Positions 40,964-58,854 of a stretch of DNA of 64,000 nucleotides are shown piece after piece. Made by a program: the position numbers and the translations under genes. Origin of the DNA: the human T2T-CHM13v2.0 reference genome, Homo sapiens. Within the stretch, counting starts at the first letter, position 1; the number at the start of each line of letters is the position of its first letter. The notes under the pieces were generated by a model that did not search any database, was not told the DNA's origin, and saw nothing but the letters and a program-made list of their open reading frames with translations. The stretch is from the NCBI RefSeq assembly GCF_009914755.1, contig NC_060946.1. One strand, written 5' to 3'.

Positions 40964-43900
40964 GCGTAGGCTCTGGGGTTACACCAGCAGCTTGGTCTAA
41001 ATGCTGACTTTGCCACTTCCTAGTTCTGTGACTGAGGGCAAATTTTTAAAAATCTCTTTGTGGACTTTCTTCATCTGTCTCATAAGATTGTTATGAAGAT
41101 TAAATGAGCTCGACCATTTAAAAGTACACCCAGCACACACAACATGAGTGTTGGCTACTGCTACTATCATCACCCATCCCTCTCATTCCAGCTTGGACAT
41201 CACTTTCTCCAGAAAGCGCCCCCTGCTGTCCTAAGGCAGGGTTAGGTGCCCTCCTGTACATGTTCGTGTCCTCTCCCTATCCTGATACCTCATTTGTTTG
41301 ATTAGGTCTGTTAAGCCACTAGACTGGAAGCTGCATAAAGGCAGGAACTTGTTCACCATTGACTACCTAGCAGTTAGCACAGTGCTTAGTACACAGTAGG
41401 CATTTAGTAAATTTCTGTGGGATGAATAACTTACCCTTTGAAAGAAACATACAGCTGTTTCATTCTAATAAAAAGTCAACTTGGAACTTCCACACTTGAG
41501 AGGTCATGGTCATTTTAATCAAGAATCTCTCAGTTTAGATTAGTCTTCGTTCTCCTAATTTGAACTGTCAAAGGGGTTGTATGACATTGTTATAATACAT
41601 ACACTCATTAGTAATGGGAAAAAGTTTAGGTTGGATGGCTTCTTGACCTAAAATTCATAAATAGTTCAAAAGTCAGTGTCTCTTAATATTCTTTTAATTA
41701 TCACAATAATGAAAAAAGTTGGCCACTGCAGATAAAGAATGGCATGTTTAAATGTACTTACCACCCTTCTGGTCTTTTAATTGACTTCTACTGCAAGTGT
41801 GGCTTTGTTTTATTTATTCATTCTTATCAATGAAAGCCTTTAGTAGTCTCATTTATCTGTTTTTCATGCATGAATCATGCTTTCCCATATTTTTAAAGTA
41901 AAAAAGAGGGGGGAATTAAGTTTAAAAAGGTTTTAATTGGATGTCTTAATGTCAACCACATAATACACAGTTACTATGTTGATACCCTCTCGAATTTCTA
42001 CAGTCAGTTCTATAATTTGAGGCACACTTTGCAATGCTCTGATGATTGATATAAAGACACTTTTAAGGAAATGTGAAGGCAGGCAGCAACTTTCCCCAAA
42101 ATGGAGGACATTGTAAATGCATCCAATTTATGAACAACACACAAAAACTGTATGCAATGGCTTGAAAAGCAGCCTATATACCTAGAAGCAGCCAAAGAAC
42201 ACAGGCCAAAGTCAGTGCTGTGCTAGTGGCAGATTCACTAGGATATCAGAGAGTGGTCTGGGGACTCCTGGGTCACACTACTCCTTCCTAAATCAGACAA
42301 ACACATAGTTACACAGTAAGTCAGATGCTGATAAGTGCTATAGAGTGAATGAGCAGAGAAGAGGGAGGAGCACCACTGGCAGTGGGAAGGTGTTGATTTT
42401 GAATAAAATGTCCAGGAAAGCCTCCCTGAGACTGTAACATCTCAACAGGATGTGAAAAGAATGAGAGCGTGAGAATGTGCCATGTGTGTAGGACTCAGAA
42501 AAAGGGCACTTCTCTGGCACACTGGAGAGGGAGCTTAAAAGCTCCATGAGATGGGACTGTCGGGATGGATCTATTACATACAATTTGCTCAGCCACCTTT
42601 TAATTGCCTTGGAGGACACTCTGTTCACTAAGGCATTTAAAAAGCATACTTTGATGGGGCACCAGCATCTCTGAAGAGCTCTGTAGTGGTTGTCATCTGT
42701 AGGCTGAGATGACCAGGGATAACAGGGATGGTGCAATGGAATTGGGTTTCCTGATCTCACTGGGAATACTGGGGTCCTGGAGCAGTAAAAGCAAATAGCA
42801 GTGCTTAACTCTTGGAGACAAGCTAGGCATGATAATCATAGTAAGCCACAGGGATGCCGTGGTATCCATTTTCTGTTTTTTGTTTTTTGTTTTCTTACTT
42901 TCAGGATGTGTGGTGGTGGTTAATGAATCACAGGACCTGTGGAAAATACATAGGCAGCCTACTAAGTGAGCTTAATATAAATAGACAGAAAACCTAACTA
43001 CTGTCATTATAGGGGATTCATGGCCTCTTATCCAGCTCCTAAGCCTAGGCCAGTTCACAGAGCAAGAACTTCTTGAGGGGAAGGTCTGAGCCCTTTGAGA
43101 ATGAATCCTGCAATGTAGCCACAGGTGTGTACAGTAAATCTTCCCCTAAGCCTCCCCTAGAGGTACCTGAAGCTATTCACAACAATGACTGTACTTAGAT
43201 AAGTACTTATCCGATATTGGCTCTGAACTGACACTAATTTCTGGAGATCTAACAATGCCACCATAGTCTACTGGCCAGAGGAGGGACTTAAGAAACCAGG
43301 TGACACATGAAGTCTTGGCCTAGGAGCTACCTCACACCGAATCCAGCTAAACCACAGACCTACCTCTAGTTATTTCCATGGTCTCAGAATGTATGGTGAG
43401 AACAGACCTGCTTAGTAACCTGCAAAATTCTCCCCTCTGCTTCCACCACCCATGGAGTTCAGGTTATTAGGGTATTAGAGAGATCAGGCAGAACCGCTAT
43501 AATTATACCACTTCCCCTCTAAAAATCTTTCTGGGGAAATTACAGAAATTAATGCCACCATCAAAGATTTCAAAGTTGTAGGGGTAGTGATTCTTACCAC
43601 ATTCCAGTATAACTTGCCTGTTTTTCTGAAAAGCCATGTGGACTGTCAAGGATGACGGTAGATTATTGCAAATATAATCAGGTGATGGTACCATGCATAG
43701 CTATAGTTCCAGTTGTGGGCTCTTTACTAGGGCAAATCAACACAGCCCCAGACATCTATAGTATATAGGTGTCAACCTAGACACTTTCCTAAAATCCCTA
43801 TTAATAAAGATAATGAGAATCAGTTAACTTTCATGTGACAGGGACAACAGTATACTGTCTTTACTGTCTTGCCTTATGGCTGTGTCAACTCTGCTATGTC

Positions 43901-44672
43901 CTTCAATAGAGGCAAGAGGGACCTTAAATCTCTTGATGTCTGTCCCACAGAGCAACACACTGGCTATCACATTGATGATACAGTGCTAAGTGGACTTATG
44001 CAAGAAGTGGCAAGCACTCTTGATGCTACATGTATGTAGAAGGTGGCCAATAAGTCCTGGGAAAGTTCAAGGGAATGCCACATCTGTGACGTTTTTAGAG
44101 TATCCACTGGTCTGGAGCATGTCAGGATATCCCCTCTAAAGTCAGAGACATGTTATTGCATCTTGAAATGCCCAACATAAGGAAAGAAACATGATAATCA
44201 TGGGCCTCTCTAAACTTTGGAGGCCATGGGTATGCTGCTGTCTCTATTTACTGCCAGTTTTGAGTGAGGACCAAAGCAAACAAAAGGCCCTGCAGCAGGT
44301 CCAGGCCACTGGATAAGCTGCCCCGACACCTGGATCATATAACTTAGCAGAACCAAGGGTAAGGGAAGTGCCTGAGGCAGACAGGTGATCAATGGAGCCT
44401 CTGACAGGCAGCAGTAGGAAAATCACAGAGCAGACCCCTGGGAGTGGACCACTAGGGCTTTGGAGTAAGGTCATGCGTTCTTCTGCCTACAACTATTAGC
44501 CACCTAAAAAACAACACTTGGCTTGCTACTACACCCTGATAAAGACTGAATGCTTGACCACAGGACACCAAGTGACTCTGTCAGCTCACATTATGGGTGT
44601 TACCTGATCCATAGAGATGAAACTGGATGTACGCAGTAGCATTCCACTGTCAAATCAAAATGACATAGATGA

Positions 44673-45055
<383 letters not shown>

Positions 45056-45757
45056 TCATACTCCATGGAGCATGATCCCACTCTTTCACTGCCTCTTCCT
45101 CAACCTACACCTAGAGCTAGAGCTTCATGGATAATTCTCTATTGTCAATCAAAAGGAGTATGTATAGGATTGGTTTAAACATGAAATTAGCCAGGATTGC
45201 TAATACGTCAAGTATGCCAGCGCTACCCAGAAGTGGGTAACTGCAACACTACAGCCCACTCAGAAGTGCTCCTGAAAGACCGCAGGAGAATCCTCCTAGT
45301 TGACAGCATTGGAAACAGTATATCTTCACACAGGACATCCTGGAAGACAAGATACCTAATGGGTATTGGCCGGGGACTTAGAAAGAGTAACAAGGAGGCA
45401 TGTGGATGGACTTTTCAGGATGTGCGCACAATGTGAAGATATTTATTTCACTATAAATGCTTGCTAGGGGACGTTCACTGTGGAAGAGGTCTCAAAAATC
45501 AGGTGGGAAAAATGCTCGACTTAGTGGCTGTCAATAATCTTCTTTCCTAGTCATTCCAGTGGTTCTTCAGTGGGCCATGTAGCAAGGATGACCTCAACAG
45601 GCAGGGGCTCAACAACATGACTGCTCCTCACCAAGGTGACCTGGCTGCCACAGATGCGGAGCATCCAGAATGCCCGGAGTGGTAGCTAATGCTACATCAC
45701 TAGCAGGGAAAACAGCCAGTTACCAGGTGGCAGGTTGATTACATTGGATCCCTTTGT

Positions 45758-46204
<447 letters not shown>

Positions 46205-47178
46205 TAGTCCAGAGTATAAAAAAGAGCAAATATATTCCAACTCTTTTGTGAGTGTAGCATGACCTCAGAATCAGAATATGACAAAGAGAATTTTAGAAAA
46301 AACAGCCCTAGCTAATTTACTCATAGACATAGATGCAAAACTCCTAAACAAAATATTAGCAAATCAAATCCAGTAATACATATCAAAGATAATATATCAC
46401 AGCCAAATTCAGCTTATTCCAGGAATTCAAGGTTATTTTAATATCTGGAAATCAACTAATTTATGAAATTAACAGCCTAAAGGAGAAAAACCTGTAACTA
46501 TCCATATAAATGCTAAAAATGGAGAAACTCAACATATAGTCAAGATAAAACTGTTAAGGAACGGAGAGCTGCAAAAACACACATTAAGCCTCTATCTTAA
46601 TGACAAAATGTTTAAATCATTCTCATTAAGTCTAGGAAGTCCACGATCACACTTTCATTCAGCACTGTGTAAGTCATTCCACCTAGCATGGTATGGTAAG
46701 AAAACAAAATACACAGTGTATGGCTTGAAAATTAAGAAATAAGTTCATTATTATTTATAGATTAAATGATTTTCAACCTAAGAAACCCAGAAGAATCTAC
46801 AGATAAACTGGGAAAACTGGTAAGAATTAAGCAGGTCTGCTGGATACAAAATCAATATACAAAACTTAATTCTATTCATTTTCATCAACAAACAGAAAAT
46901 GCAATTTATAAAATGACACATTTTAGAGTAGCAATGAAAATACATAAGTACCTAGGACTAAACCTAACGAAAGATATACAGAACCTATATGAAAAACTAT
47001 TAAAAAAACACATTAAGGAAGAATTAAATGAATAGAATGATTGGATATCATAAAAATGTCACTTCTCCGAATTGACTTAAAGATTCAATGTAGAGCCAAT
47101 CAAAACTCCAATAGGTTTTATTCAAGAAACTTGACAAACTTTCATGTGTGAAAGCAAAGGGTCAAAAATAGCCCAAAC

Positions 47179-47480
<302 letters not shown>

Positions 47481-48148
47481 TCATCAAGAATTATTACAAA
47501 GGTGGCGTGATTAAAACTATTTATCAATGCAGGGTTGGTCATATCACTGACGGAGCAGAATAGAGAGGCTATAAACAGTTCCATGCATATGTGTAAATCT
47601 GCTTTAGGTTACAGATGGCATTGCAGTTCACTTGGGAAAGGACAGACTTTTCAATAAATGATTCTGGGACAGCTGGCTATCCATTTAGAAGTAAAATTGG
47701 ACTTCTACCTCAATCTTACACCAAAATTAATTCCAGCTGCATTAAATATTTAATTGTGGGAAGCAAACTATAAGAAAATGTTAGTCTATATAGAATTATC
47801 TTTATAGTCTTGAATAAGAATTTCTTAAAATAACACAAGATACATATGAAAAGTACAAACCATAGAGAAAAAAAAATCTACCTCATTAAAATTCAGAACT
47901 TCTGTTATTCAAAAACTCCATACAAAGTGTAAAGACAAGTCACAAACTGGAAAAACGTTTAAGAGATGTGATACTTAGGCTCCAGAATAAAGAACTCCTA
48001 TAAATCAATTAAGAAAAAGACAAACAACCAACTGAAAAATGACCAACAGACATGGACACGTCAGATGAGGAAACATGAATGAGTCACACCTATGAAATGT
48101 GTCGACATATGAAAATATGCTGAATTTCATTATAAGAAATACATTTTA

Positions 48149-48485
<337 letters not shown>

Positions 48486-49329
48486 CTAGGGGAAAAATTG
48501 GTGAGGACATGCAGCAACTGCAACTAGAACTTTGGAAAACAATCTGGCATTACCTAGCAAATTTGAAGATGTTCATATCTAACCGTACGGCAATTTCGCT
48601 TCCAAATATATGCCCTAGAGAAACTCCTGTCCCTGAGAACCAGGAATCTTGTACAAATATACAAATGCAAAAACAGCATTGTTTACAATACAATAACTTG
48701 ATACATAATGAGGATAGTATTCCACAGAAGAATAAACAAATGCATTATAATATATACATACAATGAAATACTGTACAGCGGTGAAAATAAATAGGTGAAT
48801 CTTAAGCAATGATATTGAATGATAAAAGTCACAGAAAAATAAATTCATAATGACTCTACTTATATAAAGTTCAAGAGCCTGTGAAACGAAATATATATTG
48901 TGTAGAGTATAAACATGTAGTAAAACTATAAAGAAAAGCAAGGAATAATGAGTAAAGAGAGGTTCCTCTGGAGGTGAGGATAGGGGCAAGTCAGTGAGAC
49001 AAGTCCCTAGTGCTAGTGGGGGTGTGAGGGAGTAAGACCTCTCTACTGCAGGCCAGAGTGTGAACAGCAGATCGTCACGTGCCTATGGAGGGCAAAGGCA
49101 AGGGAGAAAAGGAGAACTGAGGATTCTGTACCACAATAACTCTCCTACTTTATTTTTGTCTTGAGCTGAAGTTGCCAAAATCATAACATGGAAATTAGAA
49201 CCATCTGTTGACAGGATAAGTTAGTGAACTGGACAGAATTTACCAAGAGAAATTCAGAATAATGTATTTTAGAATCTGTGTCAAATCAGGGAAAAATATA
49301 AAGTCTATTTTATTTGGGAGGGGAAAATA

Positions 49330-50690
49330 ACGCCATTTCATCATTGTTTATAAAAGCAAAAATACAGAAATAACCTAAATGACCATTATGACAATACTAG
49401 TTAAATAAAATAGTATACATTAACACTATGGTACGCTGTTATAGTTGTTGCAAAAAATTAAACAGACCAGAACAAGAAAAGTGAACCAATGGAATAGAAT
49501 AGAGTTGTTAAACAGATACTATTTAGTGCAGGTTAAAGAGTCATTTCAAAGCAGTCGAGAAAAATGGCCTAGTCAATAAATGTTGAGACAACTGGCTGCC
49601 CATTGCCCTTATCTAAAACCATTCGCAAATACTTTAAATGCACATGGATTACAGAATAATTAAAATAAAATATGGGCAAATATGTTCTATTAACTTGGTA
49701 TAAGAAAAGCCACCTTAAAAACACAAAAACTAAAAGCCATGAAGAAAAAGAGGAATAAATATGACTAAATAAAACATAAAACTTCTACAAAGACACCATT
49801 AAGAAAGTTGAAAGACAATTCACAAGCTGAAAGATATTTGCAACATAAATAGCAGAGAAAGAATCAGATATCTATGTATATATCTATAGATATATAGAAA
49901 TATATCTGATATATATCTCTATATATATAGCTATAAAATCAATTTAAATGAAAAAAATAAAAAATAGGTTAAAAAACAGGTAATCCATAGAAGAGGAAAT
50001 AGAAATATCTACTCAATATGTAGCTATATGCAAATTATACCTACTATGTAATGCAACTTTTTACCCAAGTGATAAAAACATAAGGCTTGAAAACATCAAG
50101 TGTTGGTGAGAATGTGAGTGAATAGGCTGCAAACCAGGCTGTGAATTGATACTGATATTCTGAAGGGCTGTTTGGCTGTATGAATTACGATGAAAATGGG
50201 CACAAATTATGACCAAGAGAATCCATTTCTAGGAGCACATCCTAAAGAAACACTCACATATGTGCACAAGGTTATTCACTGAAGCATTCTTTGTAACAGT
50301 GAAAAACATCAAAATGTCATCAGCAAGGGAATAAACTATGATAGCCAGGATTGCAGGAGTTTTTAAAAATATGGCAAATCTCTACACATTGACATACACC
50401 GAAGGATAGTCAAGTGATATTCTTAAGTTAAAAAAAGCTTCAGGAAAATGCAGAATAAGGTTTTAAAACAAAGTGAATTCTATATATTTCTAAAGGTACA
50501 CGTATGTATGTAATACACACAGAAAGGTATGGGAGGTAATCACCAAACTGGTAATAGTTCACTCTGCGGAGGGGACTGTGTTGGGGTAAGGGACAGTCAA
50601 GGGAGCTTTTGACTTTCTCTGTATTTGAATTTTTTTAAATTAAGAGTATATTCACTTATATAATTTTAAAATAAATATTTATTAAATAAT
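49330..50690 (+). mobile_element. Decayed L1ME fragments
   Basis: ACCAATGGAATAGAATAGAG, CAAGTGTTGGTGAGAATGTG and L1M 3' motifs. Confidence 0.65.
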
Positions 50691-50864
50691 TATGATACAA
50701 AATTATAAACTGTATAATGGGGAAATGGGCAAAGTCTTCTGGGAACATAGTGAAAGGAGAAACTAGTTTAGCATGCAGAAAGATTTTATAGCAGTTGTGA
50801 CATTTTCATTGGACCTGGCTATTCAAATAGGATTTTGTCAAGGATTTATAATTTGATGGAAGAT

Positions 50865-51439
50865 TGTTGCAGATTATATTTTCCAAAGATGACTATACCA
50901 ACATATGTCTCATCCAATATGCCTTTCTTTCAATATGACACTGACACTCCTTCCTCCATGGAGAGGTTGTAGGGGGGTCTATGTCCCCACCCCCTTAAAC
51001 TTGGGCAGGACTTTGTGATTGCCTTGTTGAACAGAATGAGGTGGAAGTATTACAGCATGACTTCTGAGATGATTCAACTTCTGTCTGGTCCTTTCTTTCA
51101 CAAAATACTCATCCTTGAAACACAGCCACGATGCTGTCAGGAAACCCAAACTAGCCTACATGGAAAGACCACATGAAGAGGCTCATATGGAGAGGAACTG
51201 AGGCCTCCAGCCGATAGCCAGCATCAACTGCTAGACACGTGAGTCAGCAAGCCTTCAGATGATTCCTGCCCCAGCCTTTGTGTTCCCTGGCTAAGGCTAG
51301 ATATGCATCATGGAACAGAGACAAGCCATCGCCACTGTGCTCTATCCTAATTCCTGACCCAGAGAATCCTTGAGCAGAAAAAATGATTATGCCACGAAGT
51401 TTCAGGGCAATGTGTTACACAGTCAAAGTAACTGGAACA
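50865..51439 (+). mobile_element. MLT1G/F-like MaLR solo LTR
   Basis: TG...CA ends; 5-bp TSD AAGAT/AAGAC; CATATGGAGAGGAACTGAGGC motif. Confidence 0.8.
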
Positions 51440-51871
51440 AAGACATTCTAAAGAGAAGAAAGTACACAAGCAATGGAATGTCACAGGGCATTGTGAGTAC
51501 TGGCAGTTTTAGGTGATGAAGCCCATAGTCTGGCTGGGACCAGACTATGAAAAGTACTTGTCTGGTACTATTTTAAAAATTAGACTTATCCTATTGCCAG
51601 TGGAGAACTGTTGAAAGCTTTTAAGCTGGGAAGTGAAATGCTAAGATCTGCATTTTAGCAAGATATCTCTGAGACTACTGTAAAGGAAAGATTGCAGAAA
51701 TGAATGACTTAAAAATAGAAAAAGCCCCTCTGATTAAGATGGGTCCAAGCCAAGTAAAATGGTGGGATCCCCCCTCCGGCTACATTTTTTACTTTTTTCC
51801 TCCTTAGGATTGCTTCTTATGCTCATTTATACTCAATTTCACTTGTATTAAAATGTTAGGAGGGAAAACTT

Positions 51872-52860
<989 letters not shown>

Positions 52861-53969
52861 ATTTTAGGAGAAAAAACTGTCAGGGGGTGCAGAATACAAA
52901 ACATTTTCCTTAATGCTCTTCTTTCAAGCTTCTGGATCTAAATCTGTTTAAGAATACAAAGCAAGCTTTCTAAAAATTATAACCACTTATAACTAATTAT
53001 CCATGTGACTAATGCCATCCTTATACAAACATCACTATAACCCCCAATTTCTTGTTTTTGTGTTTATTAAAATATCCTCATCATTCTCACAACTGGCTTT
53101 GTAAGAAAACTCTATAAATATGAACTTGAACAAGAAAATAAACCCATACTAATAAACTATAGCACTTATACACTGGATATTATAGATCTATATAAGGAGA
53201 AAATGTGAGATGCATGGTCCAAGAAGAGTGGGAAGATATAACTCAAAACATAAAAAGCCACCTCTGTGGTAAGGGAAAAGATGCCTGTATGAATATAAAA
53301 GCAAAGATTTATAAGGTGATGAAAGATACTAATGAGAACGTTTCGTTCTCATGGTGGCAGAAGATCTTCCATTCTACTTTCTGAGAAAATCAAGAGGAAG
53401 AATGCATTGAAAATTGAGAGTTCATGGAGAATAGAGACAGGATGCAGTGACTCAACAGTGAGTCAGTCAGATCCTCAAGGATCCAGAGTAGTCGCAGAGC
53501 CCAGTTGGAACTCAATCGTGTAATTTATTGGAGGCTAGTTTTGTATAATTTTATACTGTGCCTTTCTCTAATGTTAATTACTCAAGAGATGATTAACCAA
53601 TTTGTGGCTACTGTGCATCTTAGCTCTTCACATTTTCACTTGATGCCTGCTTTTGAAAGAGTTCATAATTTAAATTCTTTATGAAAAAAAACAGGAACTA
53701 AAATTAATTTTCTGCTATTAAAACTACTTGTAAAAGAGTTAAAGCTTGTAGTCAATTTTTGAAACAAACAATGAAAAAGGAAAAAGTAAAACAGGAAGAG
53801 AGAAAACACTGAAACAAATGGTAAAACAAGATTATAGGACCATGTTGTGGGTTGAATTTATCCATGCTAGTTCTGTCCCTCATTAACAAAGTTAAATAGA
53901 AGCCAACGGTTGCTGTACTTCACAAAATAAAATCTGATAAGTAAACTTCCTATTCCTTAACCAATTTAC

Positions 53970-54090
53970 CTGCACCCGAAAGATTACAAACTTCTTCTGC
54001 TTCTGACAAGCAAGTGATTGGAGAGACAATGGAAGGAGGTGTTGCTAGTAAAGGCAGCTCTGGATCATCATCCAAAAATGTCATCAGGTC
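53970..54090 (-). CDS. Candidate internal exon of an unidentified minus-strand gene (DLMTFLDDDPELPLLATPPSIVSPITCLSEAEEVCNLSGA)
   Basis: Strong acceptor ttctcatgttcttgtgttttctgtcag|G and donor CAG|gtaaat; 121 nt; only the phase-0 frame is open; lies in repeat-free sequence. Confidence 0.7.
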
Positions 54091-54643
54091 CTGACAGAAA
54101 ACACAAGAACATGAGAATTGAAGAAAAAAATTAATATCCCTGGATGGACAATTTATTGAGCTACAAAGTATCTAAATGTGCTAACATCATCATAAACACA
54201 TTCTAATTTAATTAACTCAAACATACATCTATCACTTGGCTGTCTACTGGGTGTAGGGAGGTTTTGTGCCCTCGGGAATCCCCAGACCTTGCTGAAGACA
54301 CCGTCGGTAGATAGCAAGGATTTTGCTTAGGGCACTACCTTTACCTACCACCCTTCAGCATCCTTACAGCATACTATCTCAGAGGCCAATTATCTTGTCT
54401 CACTGGCAATCATAAAGTCACCTGTATATATCTTTTATTCATATTTAAAACTTTTAACTTTTTATCACCAAGTAAAAAGTAGACACAAAAGATAATCAAT
54501 CCAATCATGCAGGTTAAACAATAATCAACTGATGGCTAATCTTGTTTCATTTATATCCCTACCATGCCTCATTTGTGATCTGTGACAACCTGTTTCACTT
54601 TGAAGCAAATCCTAGAATAATCCCTTATTTCATTATGTATCTC

Positions 54644-54995
54644 TGCCTTAGTCCATTCCGGTCACTATAACAAAATACCATCAACTGAGTGGCTTATAAA
54701 CAACAGAAATTTATTCCTTACAGTTTGGGAGGTTAGCAAGTCAAGGTGCTGGCAGATCTGATGTCTGGCAAGGCCCCACCTCCTAGACAGTCATTTCTTC
54801 ACTATAACCTCTCATGGCAGAAGGTGACCAAGGAGTTCTCTTGGCTTCTTTTATAAGGGCACTAATCATATTCATGAGGGCTATGCCCTTATGACCTAGT
54901 CACCTCCCGAAGATCCCGCCTCCTAATACCATCACTTTGGGTGTTAGGATTTCAACTAAGAATTTGGGAGGAAAACAAGTATTCAGACGACAGCA
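54644..54995 (-). mobile_element. MLT1A0-like MaLR solo LTR
   Basis: TG...CA ends; perfect 5-bp TSD ATCTC; GGCTTATAAACAACAGAAATTTATT motif. Confidence 0.9.
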
Positions 54996-56280
54996 ATCTC
55001 TAACTGATAATAACTGCATCAAACTGATAAACTTCATAGCTCCTAATGTCATCAATTACCATAAACTGTTCATATTTCCAACTTCTCCTAAATGTCATAA
55101 ACAGGTTTTTCTACAGCTTGTTTGAAAAGGATCCAAATCAAGTCTATAGAGTGGGTTTAGCTGGTATGTCTTTTTTTTTTTCTGTGAACTAGGGATAATT
55201 TTTCTCCATTGTAATTAACATACAGTAAAATACACAGACCTTACATGTAGAGCTCGATAACTTTTATCATATGAGTATTCAATTATATAGTAACCACATT
55301 TCCTGCACCCAGAAAGTTTCCTCAAGCTCCTTTCCAGCTGATACCATCCCACCAGCCTGCATCATGACCACTATTCTATCATATCACCATTATTGAATTT
55401 TGTCTGTTCTTGAGTTTCATATGAATGTAATCATACACTATGTATACTTTTGTGTCTGGTTCCTATTGCTCAACATAATGTACATGAGATTCATCCATGT
55501 TTTACTGTGTAGTTCCTCCCTCCTTTCCTACCTATAAGAAAGGAGGGAGAGATTGCACAAAAAACAGATGTGAATGTATCACAATTGTTTATCCATTCTC
55601 CTGCATACGGATTATTTCCAAAGTTCATCTATTATGAATAAAGCTACTATGAACATTCTTGTATAAATCTTTTTGTGGACAAATGCATTCATTATTCCTG
55701 GATACTACATAGTAGTAGTATAGCATTTCTAGCTTATAGGACAGGTCTATTTTCAACTTCATTAGAAACTGCCAAACCATTTTCCAAAGTGATTTGCCCC
55801 TTTTAAAAACTCAACTTTGAGCTCATTTTAGATCCACATGTAAGAAATAATAGAGCCTATGTAACCTTTACTGTGTTTCCTCCAAAGGTAACATCTTGCA
55901 AAATTATAGTACAATATCATACTCAGGATATTGACATTGAAATAGTCAAGATACAGAACATTTCTATCACAATCACAAGAATCCTTTCTGATGCCCTTTC
56001 ATAGACATACACTCCCTCAACAGAACTAATCTGTTCCTAATCTCTCCTTCATTTCTATAGTTGTGACATTTGAAGAATGCTATATAAATGGAATCATACA
56101 GTATGTAACCTTTTGGGACTGGCTTTTTTAGCCTTGCATAATTCCTAGAGATTCATCCAAATTATTTCATTTCAAGTTTCTTCCTTTTCATTGCGAGTAG
56201 TACCCTTGATATAGATGTAACATAGTTTAACCTGTTAAAGGACCTCTGGATTGTTTCTAGATTTTGGCTATTACAAATAA

Positions 56281-56628
<348 letters not shown>

Positions 56629-57134
56629 TAGATGTTCATATCTCTGGTATAAATTCCTAGGAGAGCAATTGCTGTTCATATAGTAGCCACGTTTAGATTT
56701 ATTAAAAACTACCAAACTGTTTTCCAGAGTAGCTGTACCATTTTGCATTCCTACCAGTAATATATTCGTGTTTTAATTTCTCCATATTCTCACTAGCATT
56801 TAGTGTTGTCACTATTTTTTAATTTTAGCCATTTTAATATTCATTGCATGTTTAAGTTACATTTTCCTGAAGGCTAATAACGTTGAACAACTTTTCGTGC
56901 GCTTACTTACCATCTGTATTTGTTAAAATGACTGTTCATAACATGTGCCCATTTTCTAATTGGACTGTTTGGTTTTAAACTGGTGAGTTTTAACAGTTCT
57001 TTAAATGCTCCAGATATTAGTCCTTTGCCAGATACGGGGTTTACAAATATTTTTTCCCAGTCTGTAAATTATCTTTCCATCCTCTTAACAGGGTCTTTTG
57101 CAGAGCAAACATTTTCAGTTTTGATGAGGTTTAA

Positions 57135-57487
<353 letters not shown>

Positions 57488-58741
57488 CCAGTTCTAAATC
57501 TCAAAGATTTTTCTCCTGTATTTTCTAAAAGTTTTATAGTTTACATTTAAGTCTGTGATTAACTTGGAGTGAATTTCTATACAAGGTTTAGGTTGAGATT
57601 CATGGTTGTCTGAATGTCCAATGCTGTAGCACTATTTTTTGAAAAGGCTAATCCTCCTACATTGAATTTCCTTTGCACCTTTGTCAAAAATCAGTTGGCC
57701 ATGTTTGTGTGTGTCTATTTCTGGGTTCTCTATTCTGTTCCACCGATCCAAGTGTTTGTCTCTCCACCAATACCGCACTCTCTTGATTACTGTAGCTATA
57801 CACAGGCATTAATATCAGGCAGAAGGATTACTCCCATTTTGTTCTTCCTTTTCAAAATTGTTTTAGCTATTCTAGGGCCTGTGCCTTTCCATATCAATTT
57901 TAGAACAAGGTTATTATCTACCCCTATAGAAAACCTTTCTGGGATTTTAATAGGAATTACATTAAACCTATAGAATAATTAGGGTCATCTGTACTATGAC
58001 CTTTACTATGTTGAGTCTTCCAATCCATGTAACATGATAGGTCTCTATTTGGGTCCTCTTTAATTTCCTTCATCAGTATTTTATAATTCTCAACATATGG
58101 ACTCTGTACATGTTTTGTTAAATTTATACCTAAGTATTTCAATTTGGATTTATACATAAGTATTTTAATTTATACTTCAGTATTTTAATGCCTAAGTATT
58201 TAAATTTATACCTAAGTATTTCAAATGGTATTGTCTTAATTTAAGTTTCCACATGTTCATTGTTAGTATGTAGACATTCAGTTGATTTCTGTATGCTTTT
58301 ATATATTGCTGGATTCAACTGGCTAATATTTTGTTGAGAATTTTTGCATCTAGTTTCATGAGAGATATTAGTCTGTAGTTTTCTTTTTCTGTACCTTCTT
58401 TGTTTAAACTTGGGATCAGGGTAATACTTGCCTCATAAAATGAATTGGGAAGTCTTCCCTCCTGTTCCATTTTCTGGAAGACATTGTGTAAAACTGCTGT
58501 TAATTCTTCTTTATTTTTTTATTTTTTGAGACAGGGTCTCACTCTGTCACCCAGGCTGGAGTACAGTGGTGCAATCAAGACTCTCATTTTTAAAATGATT
58601 GTAGAACTATTGAGTTTGGGTAGTTTACATTTTCTGAGAAAGTATTCTATTTCTTTTGATTTGTCAAAGTTATAAAGTTTTTGTGGTTTTTTTTTTTGTT
58701 TTCTTTTTGAGAGAGTCTCACTCTGCCTGCCTATTTTGATT

Positions 58742-58850
58742 ATCTATTTGGTTTGTTTGGTTTATATCAGACATAGTAGTTTCACTACCCTAAAAATCCT
58801 CTGTGCTTTATTCATTCCTCCCTCCCACTAACCAAACAAACCAAATAGAT
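58742..58850. repeat. Perfect 21-bp inverted repeat enclosing an inverted copy of 52558-52626
   Basis: ATCTATTTGGTTTGTTTGGTT (58742-58762) and AACCAAACAAACCAAATAGAT (58830-58850); 58765-58833 matches the source at 67/69. Confidence 0.93.
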
Positions 58851-58854
58851 GTTC

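Noticed and set aside
41429-42195. Minus-strand GTAAGT donors (near 41430 and 41757) and an acceptor near 42182
   Set aside because: Immediate stop codons in the phase needed to follow the 53970 donor, or poor acceptors; cannot be excluded as UTR or terminal exons
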